A stretch of 63,418 bases of DNA, counting the filler, from Octopus bimaculoides (taxonomy: Eukaryota): the NCBI RefSeq assembly GCF_001194135.2. It is 4 parts of 3 records of this genome, joined end to end, with 100 filler letters (N's around TTAATTAATTAA, not from the genome) between each part and the next. Parts side by side here need not be neighbours in the genome. Positions count along the whole stretch, not along the records: positions 11,171 to 34,798 come from NC_068990.1; positions 34,899 to 60,798 come from NC_068997.1; 2 more parts are not named here. The stretch is one strand, 5' to 3'. Positions 23,660-36,307 of the stretch are shown one piece after another. Numbering within the stretch: position 1 is the stretch's first letter; every line of letters starts with the position of its first letter. The notes under the pieces were generated by a model that saw nothing but the letters and a program-made list of their open reading frames with translations, did not search any database and was not told the DNA's origin. Both the position numbers and the translations under genes were made by a program.

Positions 23660-24760
23660 GACAAATGGCTTGTGAGGATCATACAACCTATGTACTGTGG
23701 TACAGTTAGTGAGCATCAACAATGAGTTCAGTAATGAATATAGAATGAAGATGGAGGTTCATTAAATCTCAGTTATCAGTCCCTTCTTGCTAATTATAGC
23801 CAACCAAGCCGTAAAAGAGGTGTTGAAGGCCTGCTGTTCAGGTAAACTCATATATTCTGACAACCTCAGAGCTGAATCTGAAGTAGATTTAGAGAAGGGA
23901 TCTTTCTGATTTGGCGGATGACACATTCTACCCAAGTTTGAAAGTGTTTCGTTAAGAAAACAAGTGGCGTCCGCTAAATCAGAAAGATCCTAGAGAAGAC
24001 TTTGAAGCAAAAGCTGGAATTAAGAAGCCTCAAAGTAAACTTAGCAAAGACTAAAACTTTAGGAAGCAGAAAAGAAGACAAGATATTGGCATCACTAGAG
24101 AAATGGTCACACTCCATATGCAGAAAAAGATTAAATAGAAATTCTAATCAGTGTAGCCAGTTTAAACAAAGAACACATAAGCAATGTAGTGGTATCACAG
24201 GCAGACAAACAGAAAGGATAGGATTCATATACAACAGGTATACAGAGGTTATAAATACCAGAAGCACATGGGAAATAGATTCTCTGAAATGTAAAAAAGG
24301 TTCCCAGGGAGATGATCGGTTTTGTTATTTAGGTCACCTAATTAGTGGCAGGATTGGATGTTTTGAAAGCATAGTGGCTAGTGTAAGAACAAGTTTGCAA
24401 AAATTTAGGGAGCTATTATTTTTGCTGACAATAAAAGCTTCTCTCTCAGAAAGAAAGTTATATTGTAAGATGCTAGTGTACACAATGCAATGCTGCATGG
24501 CAGTGAGACATGGACTTTAAATGAAAAGGATTTGTGAAGATGATGAAGAAATGTAAACATGCTTCACAGGATGTATGATGTTAGTGTGCATGAACTATGG
24601 AATGCAAAAGTGAGCTGAGACAAAAGCTGGATATGAGTAGACAAGAATGAAGACTGTACTGATGTGGAAATGTGATGCAAACAAAAATGACAGCTGGATA
24701 AAGAAGTGCCAAGTACTCAAAGTGAATGCAATGTGAGGATGTCCTTTTGTCAGGAGATAT
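23660..24760 (+). mobile_element. Degenerate RTE-clade LINE RT fragment
   Basis: Remnants of GVHQGSVLSPLLF, LYADD and LKVNLAKTK, then DRFCYLG. Interrupted by a MITE. Confidence 0.75.
23898..23990. mobile_element. 93-bp MITE with 23-bp TIRs and 8-bp TSD (Merlin-like or hAT/P-like)
   Basis: Left GGATCTTTCTGATTTGGCGGATG versus right reverse complement GGATCTTTCTGATTTAGCGGACG (21/23). TSD TAGAGAAG at 23890-23897 and 23991-23998. Confidence 0.9.
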
Positions 24761-24940
24761 CATTGGTGATAACAAGGCCCAGCATTATTCTTGCTGGCTG
24801 CCTACCAATACTCCCTCACAGAGTATTTGTTGATGACATCAATCACTCTTGCTTGCCATTTCCCATTTCTAGTACTTTCCATTACTGAATCTCACTTTCA
24901 TACTTATAAGTGTGTAGTTGACATTACTGTCACCCTTCCA

Positions 24941-24997
24941 TTACTCTTCCAGAGCAGTTACTCTTCCAGAGCAGTTACTCTTTCAGAGCAGTTACTC
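24941..24997. repeat. 17-bp tandem repeat x3.3
   Basis: TTACTCTTCCAGAGCAG repeated directly. Confidence 0.9.
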
Positions 24998-25364
24998 CTT
25001 CCCAACACTTGCTCCTTTCACCAACACTCCCTTATCTATTTATTCTTCTTAGTCGCATCATCTTGAACAAATTGAGCCACTGCAGAGTCATAAGATCTCT
25101 TTAATGTTATTGAGGACATGACAACCTCTCAAGTGTTGGTGCCATATTGAAATATACCAAGTACTCTCTGTAAAGTGATTGATGATAAAATGATCATCCA
25201 GCCATAGAAATAACACTGAGAAAGGAATATATGAGTGAGATTATGGTTCTTCAACCTGTCTAAGGGGATTATAACTTCAAATCAGAAATGAGTTGGATCT
25301 TTACAACCTGTCCAAGCAGTGTCTGCACCAAAACAGATGTAAATGGATATGTACACGGAAACAT

Positions 25365-25407
<43 letters not shown>

Positions 25408-25512
25408 AACACACATACATGTTCACATATGCACCCACATGTAAAATATCATTTGGTATAGAATAAAAAAATATGAATGCAGGTTAAAGAAATAAATCCT
25501 GAAAATACTAAC

Positions 25513-25700
25513 TGGTATCTCATTTCATCAATTGCTGATGCCAAATGTCTAGCATGTTGGTCACATAAATATATATTTTTGTCATTCTCTGGAATCAAAT
25601 CAACATCGTGGAATACAAAACAATCAAAGCTGTCATAGTCAAGGGCCTCCAAGTAACCAATGTTCATCAGCTTACCTCGATTAAATGTACTAATTCCACT
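25513..25700 (-). CDS. B4GALT-like: GT7 glycosyltransferase, coding exon 3
   Basis: ttttcctctaattttag| ... CA|gttagt; 188 nt; encodes SGISTFNRGKLMNIGYLEALDYDSFDCFVFHDVDLIPENDKNIYLCDQHARHLASAIDEMRY, with the FNRxKLxN and DVD motifs. Confidence 0.96.
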
Positions 25701-25990
25701 CTAAAATTAGAGGAAAAGAAACATAGATATAGATAAATAAATATAAAAAAAGAAAGCAAATAAAATACAGTTTGAAATTCAACAGATTTTTCTTTCATTT
25801 ACTCCTTTTTATTAATTCTATATTTCAGTTTATGAACCAAAGCATCATTGGTTACAAATTTTCAAAAAATTAATTAATCACTGGTTCACTGGATTTTTGA
25901 TAAAGCGACAAATGCCTATAACATGTTGCAGCATGTACATAACAAAGGACTTTGTTTGAAGGGAAGCAGGTTTTAAGTTCCCTCATTGGT

Positions 25991-26025
<35 letters not shown>

Positions 26026-26049
26026 TACACACACATACACACATTTCAT

Positions 26050-26220
26050 TTTGTAAGTGCAGATGTGGCTGTCTAGTTGAGAAGTTTGCTTCCCACCCAT
26101 AAAGTTTTAGAGGTTCAATCCCACTTCATAACACATTGGGCAAGTGTCTTCTACTATAGCTCTGGGTCAACCAAAGCTTTGTGAGTGAATATGGTAAATA
26201 GGAACTGAAAGAAGCCTATT
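26050..26220 (+). mobile_element. Degenerate OK-type SINE head
   Basis: GGGCAAGTGTCTTCTACTATAGC...CCAAAGCTTTGTGAGTG. Confidence 0.7.
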
Positions 26221-26224
26221 GTGC

Positions 26225-26272
<48 letters not shown>

Positions 26273-26899
26273 NNNNNNNNNNNNNNNNNNNNNNNNNNNN
26301 NNNNNNNNNNNNNNNNNNNNNNNNNNNNNNNNNNNNNNNNNNNNNNNNNNNNNNNNNNNNNNNNNNNNNNNNNNNNNNNNNNNNNNNNNNNNNNNNNNNN
26401 NNNNNNNNNNNNNNNNNNNNNNNNNNNNNNNNNNNNNNNNNNNNNNNNNNNNNNNNNNNNNNNNNNNNNNNNNNNNNNNNNNNNNNNNNNNNNNNNNNNN
26501 NNNNNNNNNNNNNNNNNNNNNNNNNNNNNNNNNNNNNNNNNNNNNNNNNNNNNNNNNNNNNNNNNNNNNNNNNNNNNNNNNNNNNNNNNNNNNNNNNNNN
26601 NNNNNNNNNNNNNNNNNNNNNNNNNNNNNNNNNNNNNNNNNNNNNNNGAGACTGCTTTGTTGTAAGTATTCTATGATCCTAAGATAAATCCATGCCACTA
26701 ATTCCTCTCAGCAGTTTCAGAGGCCCTGTCAAAAGTCATAAGTATTCCTCTAGTAAAATACATTAAAAAAATATTTTCTATCCTTTTCTTCTACTTCTTT
26801 CAATCAGTGATATATTTAAAGCCTTGTGAATGAATTTTCTAGAGTGAAACTGAAAGAAGCCCAGTGTGTGTGTATATATATATATATATATATCGAAAT

Positions 26900-27270
26900 T
26901 GTGATGGCACCTGTACCAGTGGAGTGCTAAGAGCACCGTCCGAGCGTGATCATTGCCAGAGCAGCTGTCTGGCTTCCGTGCCAGTGACACGTAAATAGCA
27001 CCATTTGAACGTGATCGTTACCAGTGTCGCCTTACTGGCACTCATGCCAGTGGCACGTGAAAATAACTTTCGAGTGAGGTCATTGCCAGTGCCACTGAAT
27101 TGGCTCCTGTGCAGGTGGCATGTAAAATACACCATTTTGAGCGTGGCCGTTGCCAGTACCGCCTGACTGGCCTTCATGCCGGTGGCACATAAAAGCACCC
27201 ACTACACTCTCGGAGTGGTTGGCGTTAGGAAGGGCATCCAGCTGTAGAAACTCTGCCAAATCAGATTGGA
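26900..27270 (+). mobile_element. Composite retroelement: ~60-bp tandem modules plus RTE-like 3' tail (truncated)
   Basis: Repeated GCCAGT-N8-ACTGGC...GGTGGCAC units followed by AAAAGCACCCACTACACTCTCGGAGTGGTTGGCGTTAGGAAGGGCATCCAGC. Confidence 0.8.
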
Positions 27271-27573
27271 GCCTGTGTAGTATATATACACACACAAGGT
27301 TTCTTTCACTTGTAGAAGACACTTGCCCATGGGATTGAACCTAAAAACATGTATTTGGGAAGCAAAGCTCTTAACACACAATCATGCTTGCACCTATAAT
27401 AATCGTAGAAAATATATGGTTATTTAAGGAAATAGGTACAAAATTGGTATAAATAGACTGTTGGTAGCAGAATTTAAAATAGGAAACGTAACTGGAGTTT
27501 GTTATAGATTTTATAGAAGGAAAAAATGGAAGCAAAATGATTTTATCTTGTCTTGTAAGGAACATGGGAAAAC

Positions 27574-27607
<34 letters not shown>

Positions 27608-27934
27608 TTGAAAGAAAGAGAGAAATAGAGAGAGGAAGAGAAAAAGTGTGAGAAAAGTAGAAAGTGAGATAGAAAGCATGGGGGAAAATAAGTTTGTTTT
27701 CCAAGGAATATATAGAAAAATAACAATGAAAAACCAGTGTGGGGAAGCATAAGTTAGATAAAGAAAGACGGAGAGCGGGAGTAAGTGAGATAGAGAGAGA
27801 GAGAGAGAAAGAGAGAAAGAGAAAGAAGAAAGAAGAGGAAAAATAAATCTGAGAACTTTGAAGATTTTTTTTATCTCAGCTTGCATTCACATTGATTAAA
27901 CAGCCTTATGTACACACATTGTTAACTTCATCAA

Positions 27935-27993
<59 letters not shown>

Positions 27994-28320
27994 CATGCAC
28001 ACACATATCAGTAGCATAATCAAAGACAAACATAGTTACTCGATTTGCTAAAATTAGCAGCCAAATCTTTCACTAACCACACCTTACTATCTTTAAAAGG
28101 AAAAGTATATTACATTACACAATCTGAAAAGAGGTTAATCACAACTAGAATGTCTTTGGTCACGGGTTGCTGGATCGGAGCTGACCTGGGGTTTGTACAA
28201 CAAAAACATAGATTAGATGTCTCTTAATCACACACCCACACACACATACATGCAAGCATACAAGCACAAGCTTACACAAACACACATAAGGATATATAGC
28301 TAGATATAACCACTACACAC

Positions 28321-28495
28321 ATTTTGTTTTTCCCTCCTTGTTTCTTTCTGTGTTCCTTTCTGTTGAAGAGCGTACGCTCGAAACATTAAAGACTTTTTCA
28401 ATTCCCGAGCATTATACTAATACATCTGTTTGTTTTCTACACCGCCTGTCTTCGTCTGTTGTTTTTTTTTTGTGAATTCTCCCTATACATAAGGA
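28321..28495 (+). mobile_element. Short interspersed element carrying an eroded minimal hammerhead (28356-28391)
   Basis: CTTT-CTGTTGA-A-GAGC(GTAC)GCTC-GAAA-CA-TT-AAAG. Shares TTCCCGAGC and the downstream layout with 41981-42182. Confidence 0.7.
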
Positions 28496-28862
28496 TATAT
28501 ACATGTACATGTGCACACATACGCATACACACACATGTGTGCGCACACACACACATACATATGCATGCAAACAAACACACACATACATATGCATGCAAAC
28601 ACACATACCCAAACATACATACTCAGAAGCATAAATGGAGGCATGAGGGAAAGCATGCATAATTAATGATTTTATTTTTTTTACTTTCAGATTATACATC
28701 TGAAATTAAACTCTCCCCTAAACATGGTTCATATTAGAATGAACTCCACAAGGTTGACTTGACCCCCAGCCCATCCCACATCCTGATTAGGTCCTCATTG
28801 GTGTCCTAATTGTCCTGTAAAAGCTAGAGAACATCCACCTGAAGATTCCTTAGATCACCCAC

Positions 28863-29095
28863 CTGTTCTATTACAAATATTCGGTAGTCAGCTTTCTGTC
28901 GAGTGAGCATTGGATGCAAACGGTTGAGTAATATTTTCAGATGTTTCCAGCGATTGCGATATGGAATCACAATGGCTATTTTCTGCCAAGAATCACAAGT
29001 CATTGGTCTCCAACTTCCGCCAAGTTTCACCTGTTTGTTTTCTTCTTGAATAAGGTTTATCTCAGGTTCACTGAAAATATCAATTTTTTTAATAC
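28863..29095 (-). CDS. B4GALT-like: GT7 glycosyltransferase, coding exon 2
   Basis: ttttcaatttag|GT ... CAG|gtgggt; 233 nt; encodes (G)IKKIDIFSEPE...GGSWRPMTCDSWQKIAIVIPYRNRWKHLKILLNRLHPMLTRQKADYRIFVIEQ, with the IPYRNR and IFVIEQ motifs. Confidence 0.95.
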
Positions 29096-29236
29096 CTAAA
29101 TTGAAAATAAAGAAAAAGAATAAACTCACTTAGGAATTTTTTTTTTTTGTTAATCAGTGAGAAGGCAAAGAAAAAGAACTCCTTGGCAAGAATTGCTTGT
29201 TGCTGTTGTTTAACCAGAGGTTAGTATTGACTGAGT

Positions 29237-29596
29237 GGAGGCGCAATGGCCCAGTGGTTAGGGCAGCGGACTCGCGGTCATAGGATCGCGGTTTCGATTC
29301 CCAGACCAGGCGTTGTGAGTGTTTATTGAGCGAAAACACCTAAAGCTCCACGAGGCTCCGGCGGGGGATGGTGGCGAACCCTCCTGTACTCTTCCACCAC
29401 AACTTTCTTTCACTCTTACTTCCTGTTTCTGTTGTGCCTGTAATTCAAAGGGTCAGCCTTGTCACACTGTGTCACGCTGAATATCCCCGAAAATTACGTT
29501 AAGGGTACACGTTAATTTCACGAGCAGGCTGTTCCGTTGATTGGATCAACTGGAACCTTCGACGTCATAAGCGATGGAGTGCCAACAACAAACAAC
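29237..29596 (+). mobile_element. OR2/Ceph-type tRNA-derived SINE with perfect 14-bp TSD
   Basis: A box TGGCCCAGTGG, B box GGTTTCGATTCC, (AAC)n tail, and TSD AGTATTGACTGAGT at 29223-29236 and 29597-29610. Confidence 0.92.
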
Positions 29597-31776
29597 AGTA
29601 TTGACTGAGTAAACTTTGAATTAAAAATGTTCCAGTCATGATCATCCTGTCTTATTTTCAGATATAGTGTAACCTACCTAATGTAACTGTCAGCAACAGA
29701 GTGAGATTTGAGGAAGAACTGGTGGCTATTTCTAAGATGTCAAGTGGCTCCCTCGTTGGTTGTAAAACAGTGATATGCAAGAAATTTGGCTGCTATATTT
29801 AGTAGGTCATCCAACTACACAGAGGCCTTTTTAATAGCTTGAATAAAATGTCCGCTTACAAATCCTGTTTTCTGACTGGGTGAAAATAATCAAACTTTAA
29901 ATCTGTATAACTATTTAAAAAAATTTTCTGAAAAAAGTGATTCAGCTTGGAAAACTACATTAATGTACCAAATTTTAAAATTTTCAATAAACTTTGAATT
30001 TTCGAAAATTGGTAGCCAAACTGAAAAGATGTGTATCTGAATAAAAGTTGAAAAGGTCATAATTGAAACAATATTTCATAGTAGATCTTGTTGTTAAGAG
30101 CTGATTTAGGGTTAGACAACAATTACAACCACCTCCACTGCCACCACATCATTCCCACACACACACACATACACACTTAGTTTGAAGTTGATAAAATGAC
30201 TACCAGTTATATCTGGAGGTTGATTTCATCCAATATATATCCCCAACATTATCTTTGTGAAAAGATGGAAATCATTATTGCTATTTATTAAGCCAAGCGT
30301 TTATGGGATAGTTTTGCTTTATTTTATAATGACAATTTCTCTTTAATTCCCTTTCAGACATTCCTTTAACTAAGTCTTGTAGGATACAATCAAATCTCTT
30401 CCGTTTTCATCCTCCGCATCATCATCATCATCAAANNNNNNNNNNNNNNNNNNNNNNNNNNNNNNNNNNNNNNNNNNNNNNNNNNNNNNNNNNNNNNNNN
30501 NNNNNNNNNNNNNNNNNNNNNNNNNNNNNNNNNNNNNNNNNNNNNNNNNNNNNNACAATTTCTCTTTAATTCCCTTTCAGACATTCCTTTAACTAAGTCT
30601 TGTAGGATACAATCAAATCTCTTCCGTTTTCATCCTCCGCATCATCATCATCATCAAAAAACAGACAAAACAAAAACATATCTTAAGTGAAGGCCCATCC
30701 ATTGCAGACAATACTAATCAAAAGATCCATACTTGGTGAGAAAACTATTACAATAGTTTTCTCACCAAGATCAACTGACGCTAAAAATTATTTACGTTTT
30801 TAATTTTCTATAAAACAGAACAATAAAAGAACATCTCGATTGTACTCTTGTTAGTCAGAGAGGGTGGTTGCGCGTGGGGTTTATTTGCTTTCGCTACTGG
30901 TAAATGTCGTGGTTGTGCTGGGGATTATTTCTGTTTTAGGAGCAGCTAATAACAAAGTAAATAGAATTGTTAAGATATTGATTAATAGTATAGACACAAG
31001 ACTTCAAATAAGGGCAAGGAGGTATAGTTTGATTATTTTTATCAACCCCAGGAGTATAAAACTCAAAGTCATCCTTGGCAGAAAGAGAACTCAGAATATA
31101 AAGGGTTAAATATGGCAAAAGATTTTGTCTGCTGCTGTAATGATTCTACCAATGTTAAAAGCAGAAAATGCAGGTATTATTGTTGTTTAGACTTAATTTA
31201 GTCCTGATTGAGAAGATGTGATAATTGTGTTTTCTTTTTCTTTCTCAGGTGTCCAGACGTATGTTACCTAATCTTTTTTGTTTGAAGAGGATAAGGTTTG
31301 ATATGAGTGAGATTTGGTTGTTTGTTCTAACAGGTTAAGGGATAGCATAGAGGTTTCTTTAATGAAGTTAGTGTGGCTGTCTTTTACAAAATAAAGTACA
31401 GTAATGCCTCAGTATACAAGTTAACTTGTTTGTGGAAACCGCTCATAAAATGAAAACTCATAAAGCAGAGCAAAAGTTCCCCACAGTAGTAATGTTATAA
31501 ATCATAATTTACTCCCAGAAAAATATTGTAACTATAAAATTCATAACACTTGTAAATAAATGACAATAAAACAACAGTAGAATGTAAAGAATATTTTATG
31601 TAAAGTAAAAAGAATGCCAAGCTCATTTATAATAAAGAATATAATGATCAAATTACGGAGATGTACTTGCATAGCAAGTGAATAGCAACATAGTGGGAAA
31701 ATCAATTCCTCTCTTCACAGAAATCCCATCATTTAAAAGATGATACTTTAAAAATTGGTGTGAAAATTCAACTTAC

Positions 31777-31969
31777 CCAAAGCAGGAAAATCAATGCGGC
31801 ATTTATTAAAATATATTGGATCACTTAAATATCGATAATCAAGAACATCAGGCATAGTGGTACGACAACGTGAATTATAGTTTATCACTGAATATATTAT
31901 TAATACCATGTATATGGTTGCTAAAAGTTTGATGAATATCTTCCTGCAATTCCTTAGCATCAGTACCAT
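31777..31969 (-). CDS. B4GALT-like: GT7 glycosyltransferase, coding exon 1 (start codon, type II membrane anchor); exon begins at 32003 after an acceptor, so an upstream non-coding exon is implied
   Basis: ttcttcttcttttgtaatacag| at 32004; ATG at 31969; TTG G|gtaagt donor; encodes MVLMLRNCRK-IFIKLLATIYMVLIIYSVI-NYNSRC...FPAL. Phase 1 fits exon 2. Confidence 0.88.
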
Positions 31970-32411
31970 TATGATGTAAATACCAGACTGGAACCCTTCA
32001 CCTCTGTATTACAAAAGAAGAAGAAGAAGAAAAAAAGAGATGAGTAAAAGAAAAGTATAGAAAAACATTTTTGTCACATATTTTCTGTACATTCTGAGCA
32101 AGCCCTGCTGAGATCAATTTTTGATTTTCATAATCCCAGGGTCAACAAAACAGGTACAAGTATATCAAATACCATACAAAATAAATTCTTGACTTCTTAA
32201 AATTATCTTCACCTCTAGAAGATATATCATAATTACCAAATAGCAATTAAGACCAGCTTCACTAGAAGAGGCAGGCCATTAACCCTGTCCTTTTCCTTGA
32301 TGGCATATCAACTTTGGAGCATTCTACAATCTTAAGATTGTCTGCCCTTCCCAAGTGGAGCTTGTCTTAATTGCCATTTGGTAATTATGATACATCCTCT
32401 AGAGGCAGAGG

Positions 32412-32444
<33 letters not shown>

Positions 32445-32448
<4 letters not shown>

Positions 32449-32800
32449 TGTTTAACGTCCACTTTCCATGCTAGCATGGGTTGGACGATTTGACTGAGGA
32501 CTGGTGAACCAGATGGCTACACCAGGCTCCAATCTGATTTGGCAGAGTTTCTACAGCTGGATGCCTTTCCTAACGCCAACCACTCCGAGAGTGTAGTGGG
32601 TGCTTTTACGTGCCACCAGCATGAAGGCCAGTCAGGCGGTACTGGCAACGGCCACGCTCAAAATGGTGTATTTTACGTGCCACCATCACAGGAGCCAGTC
32701 CAGCAGCACTGGCAACAATCTCGCTCGAATGTCTTTACACGTGCCACTGGCACAGGTGCCAGGAAGGTGACGCTGGGCACAGGTGTCATCACAATTTCGC
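32445..32800 (-). mobile_element. Composite ~60-bp-module/RTE-tail retroelement with (GAT)n tail
   Basis: Reverse complement of the 34395-34795 family. Confidence 0.85.
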
Positions 32801-33027
32801 GAATTTATATTGTATAGTATTTGATATGCATGTATTTATCTACTTTGTTCAAATACATGTCACTGGTCACTCTGAGTTATTTCCCTTGTTTCTATTATCC
32901 TAGGTAAGTACTGAGGTTGATATAATTGATATGTGTGACCATGCATCTATGTCATGAATCATGTTCAACTCTTTTGATATCAACCTACCTAGGAGTGTCT
33001 CTGATTCTAAGATAGGAACTTCCCATT

Positions 33028-33238
33028 TTAACCTTTTAGCATTCAGACTACTCTATCAAATATAACGCATATTCAATTAATCATGCATTGTCTTGTAGCT
33101 TAGAGTTTTGGTTTGTAATTGTTTATTTTTAGAATGACATTGTGAATTGAGAGTGAGAGACCATATTTAGTTGGTTTTAACATAAAACAGATAGAATAGT
33201 TGAGCCAGATATGGTAGGTTTAAATGCTAAAGGGTTGA
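33028..33238. mobile_element. piggyBac-type MITE, same family as 15264-15437, opposite orientation
   Basis: TTAACCTTTTAGCATTCA ... TAAATGCTAAAGGGTTGA. Confidence 0.75.
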
Positions 33239-33469
33239 AGTGATCTAAATTAAAACCTCCCCTCTTAATTTCATATTAGTTTAAGTTCCAAATACCAGCT
33301 TAAAAATGACAATGTTATTTTATTAGATAGTTCATTATTTTTAAATGGAAACAAAAGCAGTGTATTTCAACAAAAATTGAGTAACAAAATGGTTAAACTG
33401 ATCTAAATTAAAACCCTCCTTCAAAATTTCCTGTTAATTTATGTTTCAAATGCCAGCTTAATAATCCCT

Positions 33470-33680
33470 TTCTACTATAGGCACAAGGCCTGAAATTTTG
33501 TGGGAGGAGATTAGTTGATTACATTGACACCAGTATTTCACTTGTACTTAATTTATTGACCCCGAAAGGATGAAAGGCAAAGTTGACCTTGGTGGAATTT
33601 GAACTCAGAACGTAGCAATAGGAAATACCTCTAAGCATTTCATCCAGCATGCTAACAATTCTGCCAGCTCGCTGCCTTAT
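33470..33680 (-). mobile_element. OR1-type SINE variant
   Basis: GACCCCGAAAGGATGAAAGGCAAAGTTGACCTTGGTGGAATTTGAACTCAGAAC. Confidence 0.8.
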
Positions 33681-34394
33681 GCCAGCTTTATAATGACAAA
33701 GATATTTTACTAAGTTCTTCATTGTTTTCCAAAATTAATAGAAGCAGAATATTTCAGCAGAAATATAGTAACAAGAGAATTAATCAATATATAACAAAAA
33801 GGGGCAGGGATCGGTAGAAGTAAAGTGGGAGACATTGTGAGTTCTATTTCTTTATTGTTCTGAGTTCATATCCCACTGGGGTTAACATGACCTTTCACCT
33901 TTCCACAATTGATAATGAAATAAAAACTGGTCAAGTACTATAGTCAATCTAATCAGCTCATCTTCTCTTCCAAAATCTGCAGTTCAGTTCGATATTTTTA
34001 TTAACACTTTTAATACCAGCCCACATACTAATACAAATGTTTACATTTAAATTAAAATCTCAGTTGAGATCATAAAGTGAGATTTCAGTTGGTCAACATC
34101 AAAGTAATAATCTATATGTAAACTTAGAGATATTTTATTAAACCCTTTCAAAATATTGCAAATATTATATCAAGAATTAATCAAAACACATAAACAGTCT
34201 TCCCATTTGAGGGATTACCAGTATGAAGTTGCTAAGTAACATTTACCATCTTGCTATTTAACATTTATGTAATTTTATGTGCATTTATGTGTAGGTAAAA
34301 TTGATGTATGAAGGTATGTATAAGGGCAGAAACCCTAGGGACCTTAGTAAACAAAGAAAAATGTGTGTCTGGAAATGGGCTGTGCGTGAGAAGA

Positions 34395-34795
34395 CCCGGC
34401 AAGCCAAGTAAGATCGTTGCCAGTGCCCCTGGACTGGTTCTTGTGCGGGTGGCACATGAGATGCACCATTTTGAGCGTGGCCGTTGCCAGTACCGCCTGA
34501 CTGGCTCCTGTAGGATTTTCGAGCGAGATCGTTGCCAGTGCCCCTGGACTGGCTTGTGCGGGTGGCACATAAAAGACACCATTTCGAGCGTGGCCGTTTT
34601 CGTGCGGGTGACACGTAAAAGCACCCACTACACTCTCCGAGTGGTTGGCGTTAGGAAGGGCATCCAGCTGTAGAAACTCTGCCAAATCAGACTGGAGCCT
34701 GATGTTGCCATCCGGTTTCACCAGTCCTCAGTCAAATCGTCCAACCCATGCTAGCATGGAAAGCAGACGTTAAACGATGATGATGATGATGATGT
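34395..34795 (+). mobile_element. Composite ~60-bp-module/RTE-tail retroelement with (GAT)n tail
   Basis: Three hairpin modules, then the conserved tail ending CATGGAAAGCAGACGTTAAACGATGATGAT. Confidence 0.85.
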
Positions 34796-34898
34796 ATCNN
34801 NNNNNNNNNNNNNNNNNNNNNNNNNNNNNNNNNNNNNNNNNNTTAATTAATTAANNNNNNNNNNNNNNNNNNNNNNNNNNNNNNNNNNNNNNNNNNNN

Positions 34899-35098
34899 TG
34901 GAGGAGATATTATGTTGCCGTGTGCTCGAACTCTGCAAGTAGTTAATAATTTTTTTTGACTAAAACACAATTGGAACCCTAAGTAAGGCATGTGTAAAAT
35001 TTGAATGAAATTGGTTGCGTAGTTCTCGAGTTTTAGGGATTCACACAGACAGACAGACAGACAGACAGACACACATTCTCATTTTTATATATATAGAT
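34899..35098 (+). mobile_element. Non-autonomous Helitron/Helentron-like 3' end (tentative)
   Basis: AAATTTGAATGAAATTGGTTGCGTAGTTCTCGAG...(GACA)n...TTTTATATATATAGAT resembles Lep1/DINE-type ends as I recall them. Confidence 0.55.
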
Positions 35099-35172
35099 TA
35101 ATAAATTGATAATCCTTTACCCTTTTAATTTGTAATAATTATTCACTCCCTGTTAGATAAAAAGATAGATAA

Positions 35173-35203
<31 letters not shown>

Positions 35204-35859
35204 GATAGATAGATAAATAAATAGATAAATAGATACACAAATAAACAGACACAAACTTATATATCCATACACACAAACCACACACATACATACACACATA
35301 CGCATGCACACCTATTACAAACACGCATACATTTATACATTACATGTATGTACATTGATCCACTCAACTGCAAATCATTTCTAAAAACACACAACATTCA
35401 CTAAAACAAATCAGTTTATCAATTAATAATTATTAATTAGAGACAGATATTTGCCCCAACCCTTGTGATCAATTCTGAATAGAAATCAAGACCAATTTTC
35501 CCCCACCACCCGCAAAGACACACCCACTCACACTCACTGTCAATAAACACACACACACACACACACACACTTGTTTTTAATTCAATACCTTCTTCCAATG
35601 TCCATTCATTCACCTCTCATTACTTAGTCCAACTAATTAATCTCTGCGCTTAATTACCTAATTCCTCACCAATTAAATTTAGCTTCTCCCATCTGAATTA
35701 AACTTAAATGTAATTTTCACTCCTGTCTAACGAAGTTTTACAAAGTTAAATTTTTCACAAAACTTTCAAGATGTTTGTCAAATTTTTATTCAAAATTTAT
35801 ATTAAAAAAATTTCTTTCTGCATTGATTTTTCTTTCCTATATCTTTTATTTGTTTCAAT

Positions 35860-36060
35860 CATTCAACTGTGGCCATGCTGGGGCACCACCTTGAATAATT
35901 TTAGTTCAACTTACCAATTCTTGTACTTAACATTTTCTGTAAAGTGTGTACTTATTTTATCAGTCTCTTTTGCCAAACCACTAAGTTATGGGGATGTATA
36001 CACACCAACACCGGTTGTCAAATAGTAATGAGGGACAAACACATACACAAAAGTATACAC
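35860..36060 (-). mobile_element. OK-type SINE tail
   Basis: TGTGGCCATGCTGGGGCACCACC...CACTAAGTTATGGGGATGTA. Confidence 0.75.
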
Positions 36061-36152
36061 ACAGACAAATATATATACACAGATACACACACATATATAT
36101 ATATATATATACACAGACACACACACACACATATATATATATATACACACAG

Positions 36153-36190
<38 letters not shown>

Positions 36191-36224
36191 ACACACAGAC
36201 ACACACACACACACACACACATAC

Positions 36225-36307
<83 letters not shown>

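Noticed and set aside
30332-30657. ~100-bp direct repeat on both sides of a gap
   Set aside because: Near-identical flanks ending at (CAT)n; most likely an unmerged allelic overlap, not a real tandem repeat.
34711-34731. CTGAGGA-CTGGT-GAAA-CCGG on the minus strand of every RTE-type tail
   Set aside because: Only 5 unpaired nt where helix II should be, and no NUH/helix I; not a hammerhead.
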